From an uncultured Alteromonadaceae bacterium (GTDB lineage: Bacteria > Pseudomonadota > Gammaproteobacteria > Pseudomonadales > Halieaceae), in NCBI GenBank assembly GCA_964482195.1, contig CAYZWL010000003.1:6643-70642 (forward strand): a stretch of DNA of 64,000 nucleotides, given 5' to 3'. Every line of letters starts with the position of its first letter. Position 1 is the stretch's first letter. Shown one piece after another: positions 20,467 to 29,646 of this stretch. The notes under the pieces are model-generated. The model saw only the letters and a program-made list of their open reading frames with translations, had not been told where the DNA came from and did not search any database. The position numbers and the translations under genes were made by a program.

Positions 20467-21294
20467 ATGACCGCCATCGTCCATCGCTGGCAGCGCTGGC
20501 TGCTGGTGCCACTGCTGGCACTGTTAACCGCCTGCGCCACCAGCCCCACCGGTCGCAGCCAGTTGATGCTGATTTCGCCCCAATCAGCCATTGTGCAATC
20601 CAAGGCCGCTTACCTGGACACGGTAAAAACCCTCGGTGACGACGACAAACTGGTGGACGATCCTCAGACCGTTGACCGGGTCGCACGTATTACGGGCCAG
20701 GTGGTGACGGCGGCCGTCAACGCTTTTCCCCAATCTCGCCAATGGGAATGGAGTGTCGCAATCATTGATGATGATGAAACCGTCAACGCCTGGTGCATGG
20801 CGGGCGGACGCATGGCGGTCTACACCGGGCTCATCGAGCAACTCAAACTCACCGACGCCGAGTTTGCACAGATCATGGGTCACGAAATCGCCCACGCATT
20901 GGCGAATCACACGGCAGAACGCATGTCTCGGGCGATCGCCACCTCGCTGGGTGTCGTCGCGGTCGGCGCTGCGACCGAGAGCGGTGCAGCGGCGCAAAGC
21001 GCGGCGCTGGCGGCCACCCTGGCCCTGCAGTTGCCCAATAGCCGGGTAGCTGAATCGGAAGCCGACGCCATCGGCATGCGCTTGGCCACTCAGGCGGGTT
21101 TCGACCCCGAAGCGGCGGTCACCCTCTGGCAAAAAATGGGCAGCCTCAGTGAAGACCGTCCACCAGAGTTTCTCAGCACTCACCCGGCGCCCGAGAACCG
21201 TCAGGCAGCATTGAATCGAATGATTCCCGAGATGCGCCGACTCAATCCGACACAGCAATCGCTGGCGATTCATCCGGTGGACATCGTGCGCTAA
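20467..21294 (+). CDS. M48-family zinc metallopeptidase lipoprotein
   Basis: Lipobox LLALLTAC after ATG 20467. HEIAHALANH (HEXXH) and a downstream ESEADAIG block are present. Confidence 0.85.
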   Translation: MTAIVHRWQRWLLVPLLALLTACATSPTGRSQLMLISPQSAIVQSKAAYLDTVKTLGDDDKLVDDPQTVDRVARITGQVVTAAVNAFPQSRQWEWSVAIIDDDETVNAWCMAGGRMAVYTGLIEQLKLTDAEFAQIMGHEIAHALANHTAERMSRAIATSLGVVAVGAATESGAAAQSAALAATLALQLPNSRVAESEADAIGMRLATQAGFDPEAAVTLWQKMGSLSEDRPPEFLSTHPAPENRQAALNRMIPEMRRLNPTQQSLAIHPVDIVR

Positions 21295-21360
21295 GGATTG
21301 ATGTTTCCGTTATCCCCGGGCTCTGCGCTAGGCTGGCGTCTCAAAGAGGGGGATCAATAC

Positions 21361-22542
21361 ATGAATCGACACCGGTTATTCTTCGGCGGCTGCGCCGTCA
21401 CCACATTGTTTGCCTTTGCGCTCAGCACGAACGTCCATGCGGCAAACACCTGCAGCCGGCAAGGTGTCGCGATCAATAGCGATTTCCCAGCGGGAGCGAT
21501 GCAGGGTTGTGTCTTTACGGCGGACAATGCGGTGACCGTGCAGATCAGCCCGGAGGCCGAGCCGATCAATCCCAGCCCCTGGTACGCCATTCGCATCGAA
21601 ACCGAGTCGGCCATCAATCTCCAGGTCACACTGGCCTACGGCGAATACAAGCACCGCTATAGCCCAGACCTGCAGATTGGCGATGGTCCGTGGCAAACAC
21701 TGCCAGACAGCGCGGTGTCGATCAGCGAGGATGAGTTCGAAGCGACCGTGTCGCTGGATCTCCCCGCCAGCTCTCAGGCACTACTTGCGGGCCAACCACT
21801 GATGGACAGCGCGTCTTATCAGGACTGGATGCACACCCTGCCCACCGGCCTGCTCAGCCAGACCACTATCGGTCAATCTGCGGAAGGCCGACCCCTGTGG
21901 CGACTGGAAAGTACCCCAAAGGCTGAAACGCTGCTCATTCTGGGCCGGCAACACCCACCGGAAACCACCGGCGCCCAGGCGATGAAATTCTTCATCGAGC
22001 GACTGCTGGCCGACGATGACCTCGCGCGGCAGTTTCGTGATCAGGTTGGCCTGATTGTTTACCCGTTGCTCAACCCCGACGGCGTCGACAATGGACACTG
22101 GCGGCTCAATATGGGCGGCATCGACCTCAATCGTGACTGGGGCCCATTCACCCAGCCTGAGACGACCCAGGTCAACGCGGATATCGACGCCTATCTGGCG
22201 CAGCATGAGACACGATTGATCAAGGCCTTGGACTTCCACTCCACCTATCGCGAAGTGTTTTACACCCAGGAAGACGATACAGCGACCGTGGCGCCCGAAT
22301 TGCTACCCGACTGGCTGGCAGGTTTTGAAGCGCAAATGATCGACAGTTACCCGGACTTCGAGATCGATCGCAGCGCCACACATAACCCTGATCGACCAAC
22401 GGCGAAAAGTTATTTCAGCAGTCGATTCAATGTTGCTTCTACCACCGTTGAAATGGACGACAACTCCACCACTGAATTCATCCGCGATTACGCGATCGCC
22501 GCTGCTGAATCACTGATGCGAGCCTGGCCCAAATCGCCATGA
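21361..22542 (+). CDS. M14-family zinc carboxypeptidase, cytosolic-carboxypeptidase (M14D)-like but with signal peptide
   Basis: ATG 21361 lies after a GAGGGGG RBS. Signal peptide ...FAFALSTNVHA. An N-terminal beta-rich domain is followed by GRQHPPETTG (HxxE), NPDG...GIDLNRDW and LDFHS. Confidence 0.8.
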   Translation: MNRHRLFFGGCAVTTLFAFALSTNVHAANTCSRQGVAINSDFPAGAMQGCVFTADNAVTVQISPEAEPINPSPWYAIRIETESAINLQVTLAYGEYKHRYSPDLQIGDGPWQTLPDSAVSISEDEFEATVSLDLPASSQALLAGQPLMDSASYQDWMHTLPTGLLSQTTIGQSAEGRPLWRLESTPKAETLLILGRQHPPETTGAQAMKFFIERLLADDDLARQFRDQVGLIVYPLLNPDGVDNGHWRLNMGGIDLNRDWGPFTQPETTQVNADIDAYLAQHETRLIKALDFHSTYREVFYTQEDDTATVAPELLPDWLAGFEAQMIDSYPDFEIDRSATHNPDRPTAKSYFSSRFNVASTTVEMDDNSTTEFIRDYAIAAAESLMRAWPKSP

Positions 22543-24080
22543 AATGGTCGGGCCCGCTAAGCGCCCTGCTCTTCGCGGCCGTCACCACACAGGTGCTGGC
22601 CGCTGACCTGATTCTCCGCGGCGGTACCATCGTGGACGGCACGGGATCTCCGGGTTACGTGGCCGATCTGGGTATCCGCGACGGCCGCCTCGTCCTGCCA
22701 GTACCTGGCGATAACACATCCTGGGCCGAGGCCGAAGTCATTGATGTCGATGGGATGGTGGTCGCACCGGGCTTCATCGACCTGCACACCCACGCCCGCG
22801 CAGATCTGGTCGATCCCGCACACAGCACGCTCAGCCACTATCTGACGCAGGGCGTCACTTCGGTGCTAATCGGCAATGATGGGGATGGCACCGTGAACAT
22901 CGCGCAGCGCTTTGCGCGGATCGCCGAGCACGGCAGCGGCGTAAATGTTGCCCAGTATGTGGGCCACAGCGCCTTGCGACGCGCCACCATGGACCGCACC
23001 GACCGCCCCGCAACGGCAGACGAAATCAGCGCCATGAAAACGTTGTTGGCGCGGGGATTGCGCGAAGGCGCCATGGGGTTGTCGAGCGGTTTGTTCTACA
23101 CCGATGCCAATCATGCGCAGACCGGCGAAGTGATTGCACTGGGCCAAACGCTGGCTAGTCTCGGGGGACTCTATGACTCGCATATCCGCTCGGAGAGCTC
23201 TCGGGATCCCGGTGTCATAGCAGCGGTCGAGGAAGCCATACAAATTGGCCGCGAGAGTGGCATCCCCGTGCACATTGCACACATCAAAGCACTGGGAAAA
23301 GACGTTTGGGGTAGCGCCCCCGTGATCATCGAATTGATCAACGCAGCGCGACAGCAGGGTGTTCGGGTCACTGCCGACCAGTATCCCTGGCAGGCGTCCT
23401 CCACCCAGCTCAAAAACGCCGTGCTCAGTCGGTCTTGGCAGGCAGGTGGCCCCGATGGCTGGCGGCGCGTGCTGTCTGACCCTGAGCAGCGCAACGCATT
23501 GCTCGAAGACATACGCACCAACACCGAGCGAAGAGGCGGCCCCGGCAGCCTGATGATCGTGCGCACTGGCGATGAACGCTGGGATGGTCGCAGACTGGAT
23601 CAAATTGCCAAAGACGCGGGTGTGTCGCCCGAAGAAATGGCGCGCCGAATGCTACTGCAGGGCACGCCCCGGGTGATCTCGTTCAATATGCAGGAGTCGG
23701 ACATCAGCGCCTTCATGGCACAACCCTGGGTGGCCACTTCCAGCGATGGCACCGTAGGGCATCCGCGCAGGTACGCAAGCTTTCCCCGGAAATACCACCG
23801 CTTTGTGCGCGAGTTGGGCCTGCTCTCAACCGAGCAGTTCGTGCGCGCCAGCAGCGGGCTGGCAGCTGACATCCTGGGGTTGGAAGACCGGGGCTATTTG
23901 CGCCAGGGCTGGGTCGCCGATGTGGTCGTATTTGACCCCGACACCTATCGTGAAGCCGCCACTTATTTGTTACCCGAGCGTCACTCCCACGGCGTGCGGC
24001 ATCTTTGGGTCAATGGCGTGCCAGCTATTCACCGCGGCGAGGTGACTGGTCATCGCGCGGGGCAGGCCCTGACACCCTGA
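22539..24080 (+). CDS. N-acyl-D-amino-acid deacylase (D-aminoacylase) family amidohydrolase, exported
   Basis: ATGA overlap with the upstream gene. Signal peptide ...TTQVLA. DLILRGGTIVDGTGSPGY...PGFIDLHTHA is the typical D-aminoacylase/amidohydrolase N-terminus. Confidence 0.8.
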   Translation: MKWSGPLSALLFAAVTTQVLAADLILRGGTIVDGTGSPGYVADLGIRDGRLVLPVPGDNTSWAEAEVIDVDGMVVAPGFIDLHTHARADLVDPAHSTLSHYLTQGVTSVLIGNDGDGTVNIAQRFARIAEHGSGVNVAQYVGHSALRRATMDRTDRPATADEISAMKTLLARGLREGAMGLSSGLFYTDANHAQTGEVIALGQTLASLGGLYDSHIRSESSRDPGVIAAVEEAIQIGRESGIPVHIAHIKALGKDVWGSAPVIIELINAARQQGVRVTADQYPWQASSTQLKNAVLSRSWQAGGPDGWRRVLSDPEQRNALLEDIRTNTERRGGPGSLMIVRTGDERWDGRRLDQIAKDAGVSPEEMARRMLLQGTPRVISFNMQESDISAFMAQPWVATSSDGTVGHPRRYASFPRKYHRFVRELGLLSTEQFVRASSGLAADILGLEDRGYLRQGWVADVVVFDPDTYREAATYLLPERHSHGVRHLWVNGVPAIHRGEVTGHRAGQALTP

Positions 24081-24261
24081 AATATCCCGGCGTGGCCTTA
24101 AAACAACCAGTCATTCCGCCCGCCGGAATAGCCCAAAAGTTTTTGTGGTTTTTGCGCCCATCTGATGCACACTGGAGGCGATGATCTGTCACCCATAGGC
24201 AGGGCCCACAGAGGCCGCCCGGCAGGTCCACACCATAAGAGCAACTCTTGGGGGAATTCCT

Positions 24262-27200
24262 ATGCGCAATCGACACATGCCCAGCGCCCGCACTCAACTG
24301 TCCATCGCCATCGCCACGGCATTGGCTGCCAGTCCACTCGCCGGTCTCGCCCAGGCGCCCGAGCCTGCGCTCGAAGAAGTGATCGTGGTGGGTTCACAGA
24401 TTCGTGGTGCATCAATCAATAACGCCCTCGCGGTGAGCGTGGTTAACAGCGCCGATATCGAGATCATGGGGGTCGATGAGGGTGCCGATCTGATGGCCCT
24501 GATTCCCGAGAACGGCCAGAACTTCTTTAATGAGGCAGAAAACATCAGCGGCGGGGTCAATGCCGGCCGTGGCGACGTTGGTGCCTTCAACCTACGCAGC
24601 CTGGGTACTGGCAATACGCTGGTCCTGCTCAATGGCCGCCGACTGGTCAACTCCGCGACTTACCAGACCGAGGAAGTTGGCGGCAGTTTCATTCCCGTCA
24701 ATACCGTTAACTCGCAGACACTGCCGGTGTGGGGCATTGAGCGCGTCGAGGTGCTGCGGGACGGCGCTTCAGCTATCTATGGTGCAGACGCCGTCGCAGG
24801 GGTGGTAAACACCGTCATCAAAGACGACTTCGAAGGTTTTGATTTCCGCATCCGGCACACGGAATTCGATAATTTCCCCGGCGATCGCCAGAGCTTTACC
24901 GCCCAGTGGGGCAAAAATTTCAACGAGGGCCGCACGAACGTTGCCGCCTTTTTCAACTACTACCAGCGGGATCGTATCCAGTCGATTGACGATGATCGCT
25001 GGGCGAACTCTGACTTCCGGGACCGAATCCCGGAAGGGTCGCTCTGGGAAGGCAATACCCGCTTCCGCAACGACTCTGCCAACTCCGAGTTTCCCCAGTT
25101 GGACGTGATATCCAGCCTGTCGAGCAGCCACAGCCTTCGCACCAGTGGACTGGTAGATCGTTCGGGTGAACTCGAGACCTATCCTCTTGGAGACTCACGC
25201 TGCCAGTACCAGATCAATGGCACAACCTGCGGTGCCGCAGATGGACAGGGCACCTTCCGCCACAATTTCAATTCGGCATTTGGCACCGGCCGCGACCTGA
25301 CCTCGGAACTGGACCGACTGAGCCTGTTCACGACGATTTCCCATGAGTTCGCCAGCGGCGTAGAGAGCTTCTCGGAGATCATGTACTACAAATCCGAGAC
25401 CAATCTGACCCGCCACGCCTCGGCGCCCTTCTCAAGCTCCCGGCTGGAGCTTGGTCGTGACAATCCCTATAACCCGCTTGGCAGCGGCCCCGGACGCCTG
25501 TCAGGGCCAGAGTTTGAAGACGCCATGGCCGATGTGCCGGCCGAAGGTCTCGACTTACTGCTCGATAACTATCGCTTCGCCGTGGTGCCGAGAATTGTCG
25601 ACAACGACGGTGAAACCTATCGCTTCCTGCAGGGCTTCCGCGGGTCACAGGGTGATTGGGATTGGGAAGGTGCAGCGTCCTACTCCAAGGCCACCAAGGA
25701 AGACATCACGCGCAACCGGGTATCTAACACCTTGGCCCAGGAAGCACTCAACGCCTCCGATCCGGCACTCGCCTACAACCCGCTGGACCCCACCTTTGAG
25801 GGGTCAAATATCGAGCGCATTCTTGTGGATGTTCGACGGGACTCGGAGACCACGCTCACAACCCTGGACTTCAAGCTGACCAATGCCAATTTGTTCGAGT
25901 TGCCAGCGGGCAGTGTGGCAGGACTGATCGGTGTCGAGTGGCGCGAGGAGACCTTCGAGGATGACCGCGATCCTCGACTGGACGGGACGATTGTTTTCAC
26001 CGACCGGGATGGAGACAGCTATCCGTTTGTATCCGACGTCGTCAACTCAAGCCCAACACCGGACAGCAGTGGCGACCGCGAGGTCACCTCGATCTTTGCT
26101 GAATTGCAGATCCCGGTGTTCGACAACCTCGATGTGCAGCTGGCACTGCGACACGAACAGTTCTCGGACATCTCGAAGGACGCCACCGTGGGTAAGTTCG
26201 CCTTTGGTTGGCGACCGATGGAACAAGTGCTGTTCCGTGGTTCCTGGGCAGAGTCCTTCCGAGCGCCGAATCTCGTGACCGTGAACGAGGGGCTGGTCGC
26301 CCGGACCAACACTCGTACTGACTGGGCCTGTGAGTACGCCAACGAGCAGAGCGGTGAGGTTTACGATCTCGACTGCAACTATTCCATGCAGCGTACCGCT
26401 TCGGGCAACGACCAGTTGGTGCCTGAGACCGCTGAGAGTATCTCGCTGGGTATTGTGCTCGAACCCTTCGATAGCCTGACCCTCACAGCAGATTACTGGG
26501 AGATCGAAACCGAGGGCACCATTGGCCTGTTCGGCGAAGAGAACCACACCCTGCTCGATTTGGTGAATCGTATTGAAGCTGGACTCGCCAACTGCGATCA
26601 GAACTTCAACACAGCGATCGAGCGCATCACACCTGATGATGATCAGATCGCCGCTTATACCGAAGCCGGTATCTGCCCGGGCGGTGAAATCAATCGCATC
26701 AACGACCGCTATGCCAATCTGGACACCCGCACGACGGCTGGCTACGACATCGGGGTGTACTACGATATCGATTCCGACATTGGTGCCTTCCGCTTCACCT
26801 ACAACGCTTCATTCCTCGAAAAGATGGAACAAACCGCTTCCGGAGATTCCGCGTTGCTGGTGGAGGCGCAAAATAGCGGTTTGCTGCCGGCGAACTATCC
26901 CATCGATGGCTTCGCCGATCTGGTTGGCCGGGATGGCAATCAGGACTACCGTCACTCGGCACGCCTCACCTGGCGCAACGGTGACTGGGGTGCAGGACTG
27001 GCGGCCTATCGGGTTGGCTCCTTCTACCAGAGCTCTCTGACTTTGGCTGACGGCACGCGCTACATCATTCCGGCAATGGATACCTACGACGTGACGGTAG
27101 ACTACCGGTTTGAAGTGCGGGATGTGGACACCCGGGTTCGATTCGGCATCAAGAACTTCACCGACGAGCGCGCACCGCTGGCGGACCGCTTCTTCGGTTA

Positions 27201-27267
27201 CTTTGCTGATGCGCATTCAGATCTGGGCCGCTATGCCTATATCGATGTACGCTTCGGCGTACTGTGA
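24262..27267 (+). CDS. TonB-dependent receptor
   Basis: The 1001-aa product has a signal peptide and a plug region (LEEVIVVGSQIRG..., VEVLRDGASAIYGADAVAGVVN). The remainder is a long beta-barrel-type sequence. Confidence 0.9.
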   Translation: MRNRHMPSARTQLSIAIATALAASPLAGLAQAPEPALEEVIVVGSQIRGASINNALAVSVVNSADIEIMGVDEGADLMALIPENGQNFFNEAENISGGVNAGRGDVGAFNLRSLGTGNTLVLLNGRRLVNSATYQTEEVGGSFIPVNTVNSQTLPVWGIERVEVLRDGASAIYGADAVAGVVNTVIKDDFEGFDFRIRHTEFDNFPGDRQSFTAQWGKNFNEGRTNVAAFFNYYQRDRIQSIDDDRWANSDFRDRIPEGSLWEGNTRFRNDSANSEFPQLDVISSLSSSHSLRTSGLVDRSGELETYPLGDSRCQYQINGTTCGAADGQGTFRHNFNSAFGTGRDLTSELDRLSLFTTISHEFASGVESFSEIMYYKSETNLTRHASAPFSSSRLELGRDNPYNPLGSGPGRLSGPEFEDAMADVPAEGLDLLLDNYRFAVVPRIVDNDGETYRFLQGFRGSQGDWDWEGAASYSKATKEDITRNRVSNTLAQEALNASDPALAYNPLDPTFEGSNIERILVDVRRDSETTLTTLDFKLTNANLFELPAGSVAGLIGVEWREETFEDDRDPRLDGTIVFTDRDGDSYPFVSDVVNSSPTPDSSGDREVTSIFAELQIPVFDNLDVQLALRHEQFSDISKDATVGKFAFGWRPMEQVLFRGSWAESFRAPNLVTVNEGLVARTNTRTDWACEYANEQSGEVYDLDCNYSMQRTASGNDQLVPETAESISLGIVLEPFDSLTLTADYWEIETEGTIGLFGEENHTLLDLVNRIEAGLANCDQNFNTAIERITPDDDQIAAYTEAGICPGGEINRINDRYANLDTRTTAGYDIGVYYDIDSDIGAFRFTYNASFLEKMEQTASGDSALLVEAQNSGLLPANYPIDGFADLVGRDGNQDYRHSARLTWRNGDWGAGLAAYRVGSFYQSSLTLADGTRYIIPAMDTYDVTVDYRFEVRDVDTRVRFGIKNFTDERAPLADRFFGYFADAHSDLGRYAYIDVRFGVL

Positions 27268-27316
27268 TGTTGTTGGATGGATCCCCGCACTCGCCGGTGA
27301 TCCATCTCTCGCCAAC

Positions 27317-27344
27317 AACGCCCGGTCTTTACCGGGCGTTTTGC
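27317..27344 (+). terminator. rho-independent terminator-like hairpin (perfect 10-bp stem, 4-nt loop, short T-run)
   Basis: aacgcccggt-cttt-accgggcgtt followed by ttgc. It lies 50 nt after the TBDR stop and 17 nt before the DASS start. Confidence 0.55.
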
Positions 27345-27361
27345 TATCTGGGAGTTAATGA

Positions 27362-28840
27362 TTGAACACCGCAATCGCTGAACCCGACACCCGCGCCGGC
27401 TACCAACGCCTGGGCTTGTTGATGGGACCCACCATCTGCCTGCTCATGCTGTGGTTGGGCAGCGATCAGGCGTGGATGACCGATACAGCCTGGCGGGTGG
27501 CAGCGGTCGGCGCGTGGATGGCCATTTGGTGGGCAACCGAGGCAATTCCAGTCGCTGCAACCGCATTCCTGCCACTGGTGGTGTTCGAACCACTCGGGAT
27601 CGCCACACTGCGGGAGGCTGCGGAGCGTTACGCCCATCCCATTATTTATCTATTCCTAGGCGCTTTCGTGCTGGCACTCGCGGTTGAGAAATCCAATCTG
27701 CATCGCCGGATGGCACTGTGGATTCTGGCGCGCACTGGCACTGATGGCAGACGTTTGATCCTGGGCTTCATGATTGTCGCGGCACTACTGTCAATGTGGA
27801 TGACCAACACCTCAACCACCATGATGCTGCTGCCTATCGCCACCTCAGTGGCGACCCTGATCGGCGGTTCAGTCGCCGACGCCTCCGACAAAGACCGCCA
27901 CCACTTTCAGGTCGCACTAATGCTGGCATTGGCGTACTCCACCACGCTGGGAGGTCTGTCGACATTGGTGGGTACGCCTCCCAACATATTGCTCGCCGGG
28001 TTTCTGGAAGAGACTTACGGTATGCAGATAGCCTTTTTCGACTGGATGCTGGTCGGCGTTCCTATGACGGCGATCATGCTACCGCTGGGCTGGCTGGTAC
28101 TGACTCGGTGGGTGTTTCCGTTCCGAATACCCGCCGACACGGCCACCCGTGCCCTGATCAAGGAAATGGCCGACGAACTTGGTCCCATGAGCGGCGCAGA
28201 AAAACGGGTGGCATTGATATTCCTGTCAGTGGTGTTGCTGTGGATGTGTCGCGGCTTGCTGACCGACAGCTTCGGTTTTGATTGGCTGTCAGACAGCGGC
28301 ATCGTCATGGCAGCGGCCCTGCTGCTATTTGTTGTGCCAAGCGGCAACAGCGCCAGCGCGCCGCTACTCGCCTGGGATGACGTTGGGCGCCTTCCCTGGG
28401 GGGTATTGGTGCTGTTTGGCGGCGGTCTCAGTCTGGCGGCGCAAGTGGCCAATTCCGGGCTCGCAGAGTGGCTGGGCAATGGCCTGGCGCCAGTCGCGCA
28501 CGCAGGCCCGCTGCTCGCCGCGCTAGCGGCTGCCGGCCTGGTGGTCTTCCTGACCGAACTCACCAGCAACCTCGCGACCACGGCGACGTTTTTGCCAGTG
28601 ATTGCCGCCATCGCCACATCAGTCGGCATCGACCCACTCATTCTCTGCGTGCCGGTCACCCTCGCGGCCAGCTGTGCATTTATGCTGCCAGTGGCAACAC
28701 CACCCAATGCGATCGTTTTCGCCTCGGGGCTGCTACGCATTCCGGACATGGTGAGGGCTGGCTTTGTAATGAACCTGGTCGCTTTGGGGCTGATTACCCT
28801 GGTCTCGGTGTGGCTCGTGCCACTGGTGTTGGTGAACTGA
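27362..28840 (+). CDS. DASS-family (SLC13-like) sodium-coupled anion symporter
   Basis: Polytopic 492-aa protein. TTG start at 27362 with GGAG 7 nt upstream. Paired SNxxTT/PPN-type hairpin motifs are present (TNTSTTMMLLPI, GTPPNILLA, TSNLATTATFLPV, ATPPNAIVF). Confidence 0.85.
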   Translation: MNTAIAEPDTRAGYQRLGLLMGPTICLLMLWLGSDQAWMTDTAWRVAAVGAWMAIWWATEAIPVAATAFLPLVVFEPLGIATLREAAERYAHPIIYLFLGAFVLALAVEKSNLHRRMALWILARTGTDGRRLILGFMIVAALLSMWMTNTSTTMMLLPIATSVATLIGGSVADASDKDRHHFQVALMLALAYSTTLGGLSTLVGTPPNILLAGFLEETYGMQIAFFDWMLVGVPMTAIMLPLGWLVLTRWVFPFRIPADTATRALIKEMADELGPMSGAEKRVALIFLSVVLLWMCRGLLTDSFGFDWLSDSGIVMAAALLLFVVPSGNSASAPLLAWDDVGRLPWGVLVLFGGGLSLAAQVANSGLAEWLGNGLAPVAHAGPLLAALAAAGLVVFLTELTSNLATTATFLPVIAAIATSVGIDPLILCVPVTLAASCAFMLPVATPPNAIVFASGLLRIPDMVRAGFVMNLVALGLITLVSVWLVPLVLVN

Positions 28841-28841
28841 T

Positions 28842-29642
28842 ATGCGATCTTTGCTTTGCCTACTGATACTCTCTGTCGCACTGTTCAGTGGAACCGCGCA
28901 TGCGGCCGATAACGGCGCGCAGCGATTCCACACAAGCCATCATCCAGTGCCCGCTCGCCTGCTGTTCGTGGGCAATAGCTACCTGTATTACAACGACAGC
29001 CTGCACAACCATGTAGAGCGCATGGTATCGGCGCTCAAACCCGAGCTGCGCGAACATCTGATTTACAAGTCGGCGACCATCGGTGGTGCACGTCTGGACC
29101 AGCACAATCTCGACTGGCTGTTAGGTGTAGGGAATATAGGCGTAACACAGCCTTTTGAAATGGTGGTATTGCAAGGCGGTAGCTTTGAGGTACTCAATGA
29201 AGGTAACCGCGAACGGTTCTACGCCACCGTCGCGCGCCATGCGGCGAAGATTCGTGCGATTGGCGCCGAACCCGCGTTATACATGACTCACGCCTATGTC
29301 GCCCCGCATCGACGCGCCGTGCCCAATCTGACCCCGACGATCCTGGCGACCTACCAAACGGCCGCGACGCGGATCCAGGCAACGTTGATCCCTGTTGGCA
29401 TGGCCTTCGAACGGTCCTATCAGGAACGCCCGGAGTTCTCGCTTCACGCTCACTTTGACGGCACTCACCCCAACCTTCGCGGTACGTATCTCGGTGCCTG
29501 TGTGGTGTACCTCACCCTGTATGGTGGCACGCTGGACGGCCTGAATTATGACTACTTTGGACAAATACCAACGGCAGAAGCCAAGTACCTGCAACGCATT
29601 GCACAGGCCACAGTAGACAGCTTTTTCACGACCAACGATTGA
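28842..29642 (+). CDS. secreted SGNH/GDSL-like hydrolase-fold protein (function unknown)
   Basis: Signal peptide ...GTAHA. Block I-like FVGNSY, VVLQGGS, and block V-like FDGTHPN (DxxH). The start is 1 nt after the DASS stop. Confidence 0.5.
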   Translation: MRSLLCLLILSVALFSGTAHAADNGAQRFHTSHHPVPARLLFVGNSYLYYNDSLHNHVERMVSALKPELREHLIYKSATIGGARLDQHNLDWLLGVGNIGVTQPFEMVVLQGGSFEVLNEGNRERFYATVARHAAKIRAIGAEPALYMTHAYVAPHRRAVPNLTPTILATYQTAATRIQATLIPVGMAFERSYQERPEFSLHAHFDGTHPNLRGTYLGACVVYLTLYGGTLDGLNYDYFGQIPTAEAKYLQRIAQATVDSFFTTND

Positions 29643-29646
29643 GCCG

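Noticed and set aside
24081-24261. Possible riboswitch (cobalamin/TPP) or terminator in the 181-nt leader of the first TonB-dependent receptor. Includes a small hairpin (attccg-cccgc-cggaat, 24113-24129) and T-runs at about 24140-24153.
   Set aside because: I could not find a B12-box-like or TPP-like conserved core by eye. The hairpin is only 6 bp and is separated from the T-runs. A covariance-model scan (Rfam/cmscan) would be needed to say more.
27250-27267. The first TonB-dependent receptor ends in ...RFGVL rather than the usual terminal aromatic residue.
   Set aside because: The stop codon is unambiguous and a terminator-like hairpin follows. Non-aromatic C-termini occur in some receptors, so this is not evidence of truncation.
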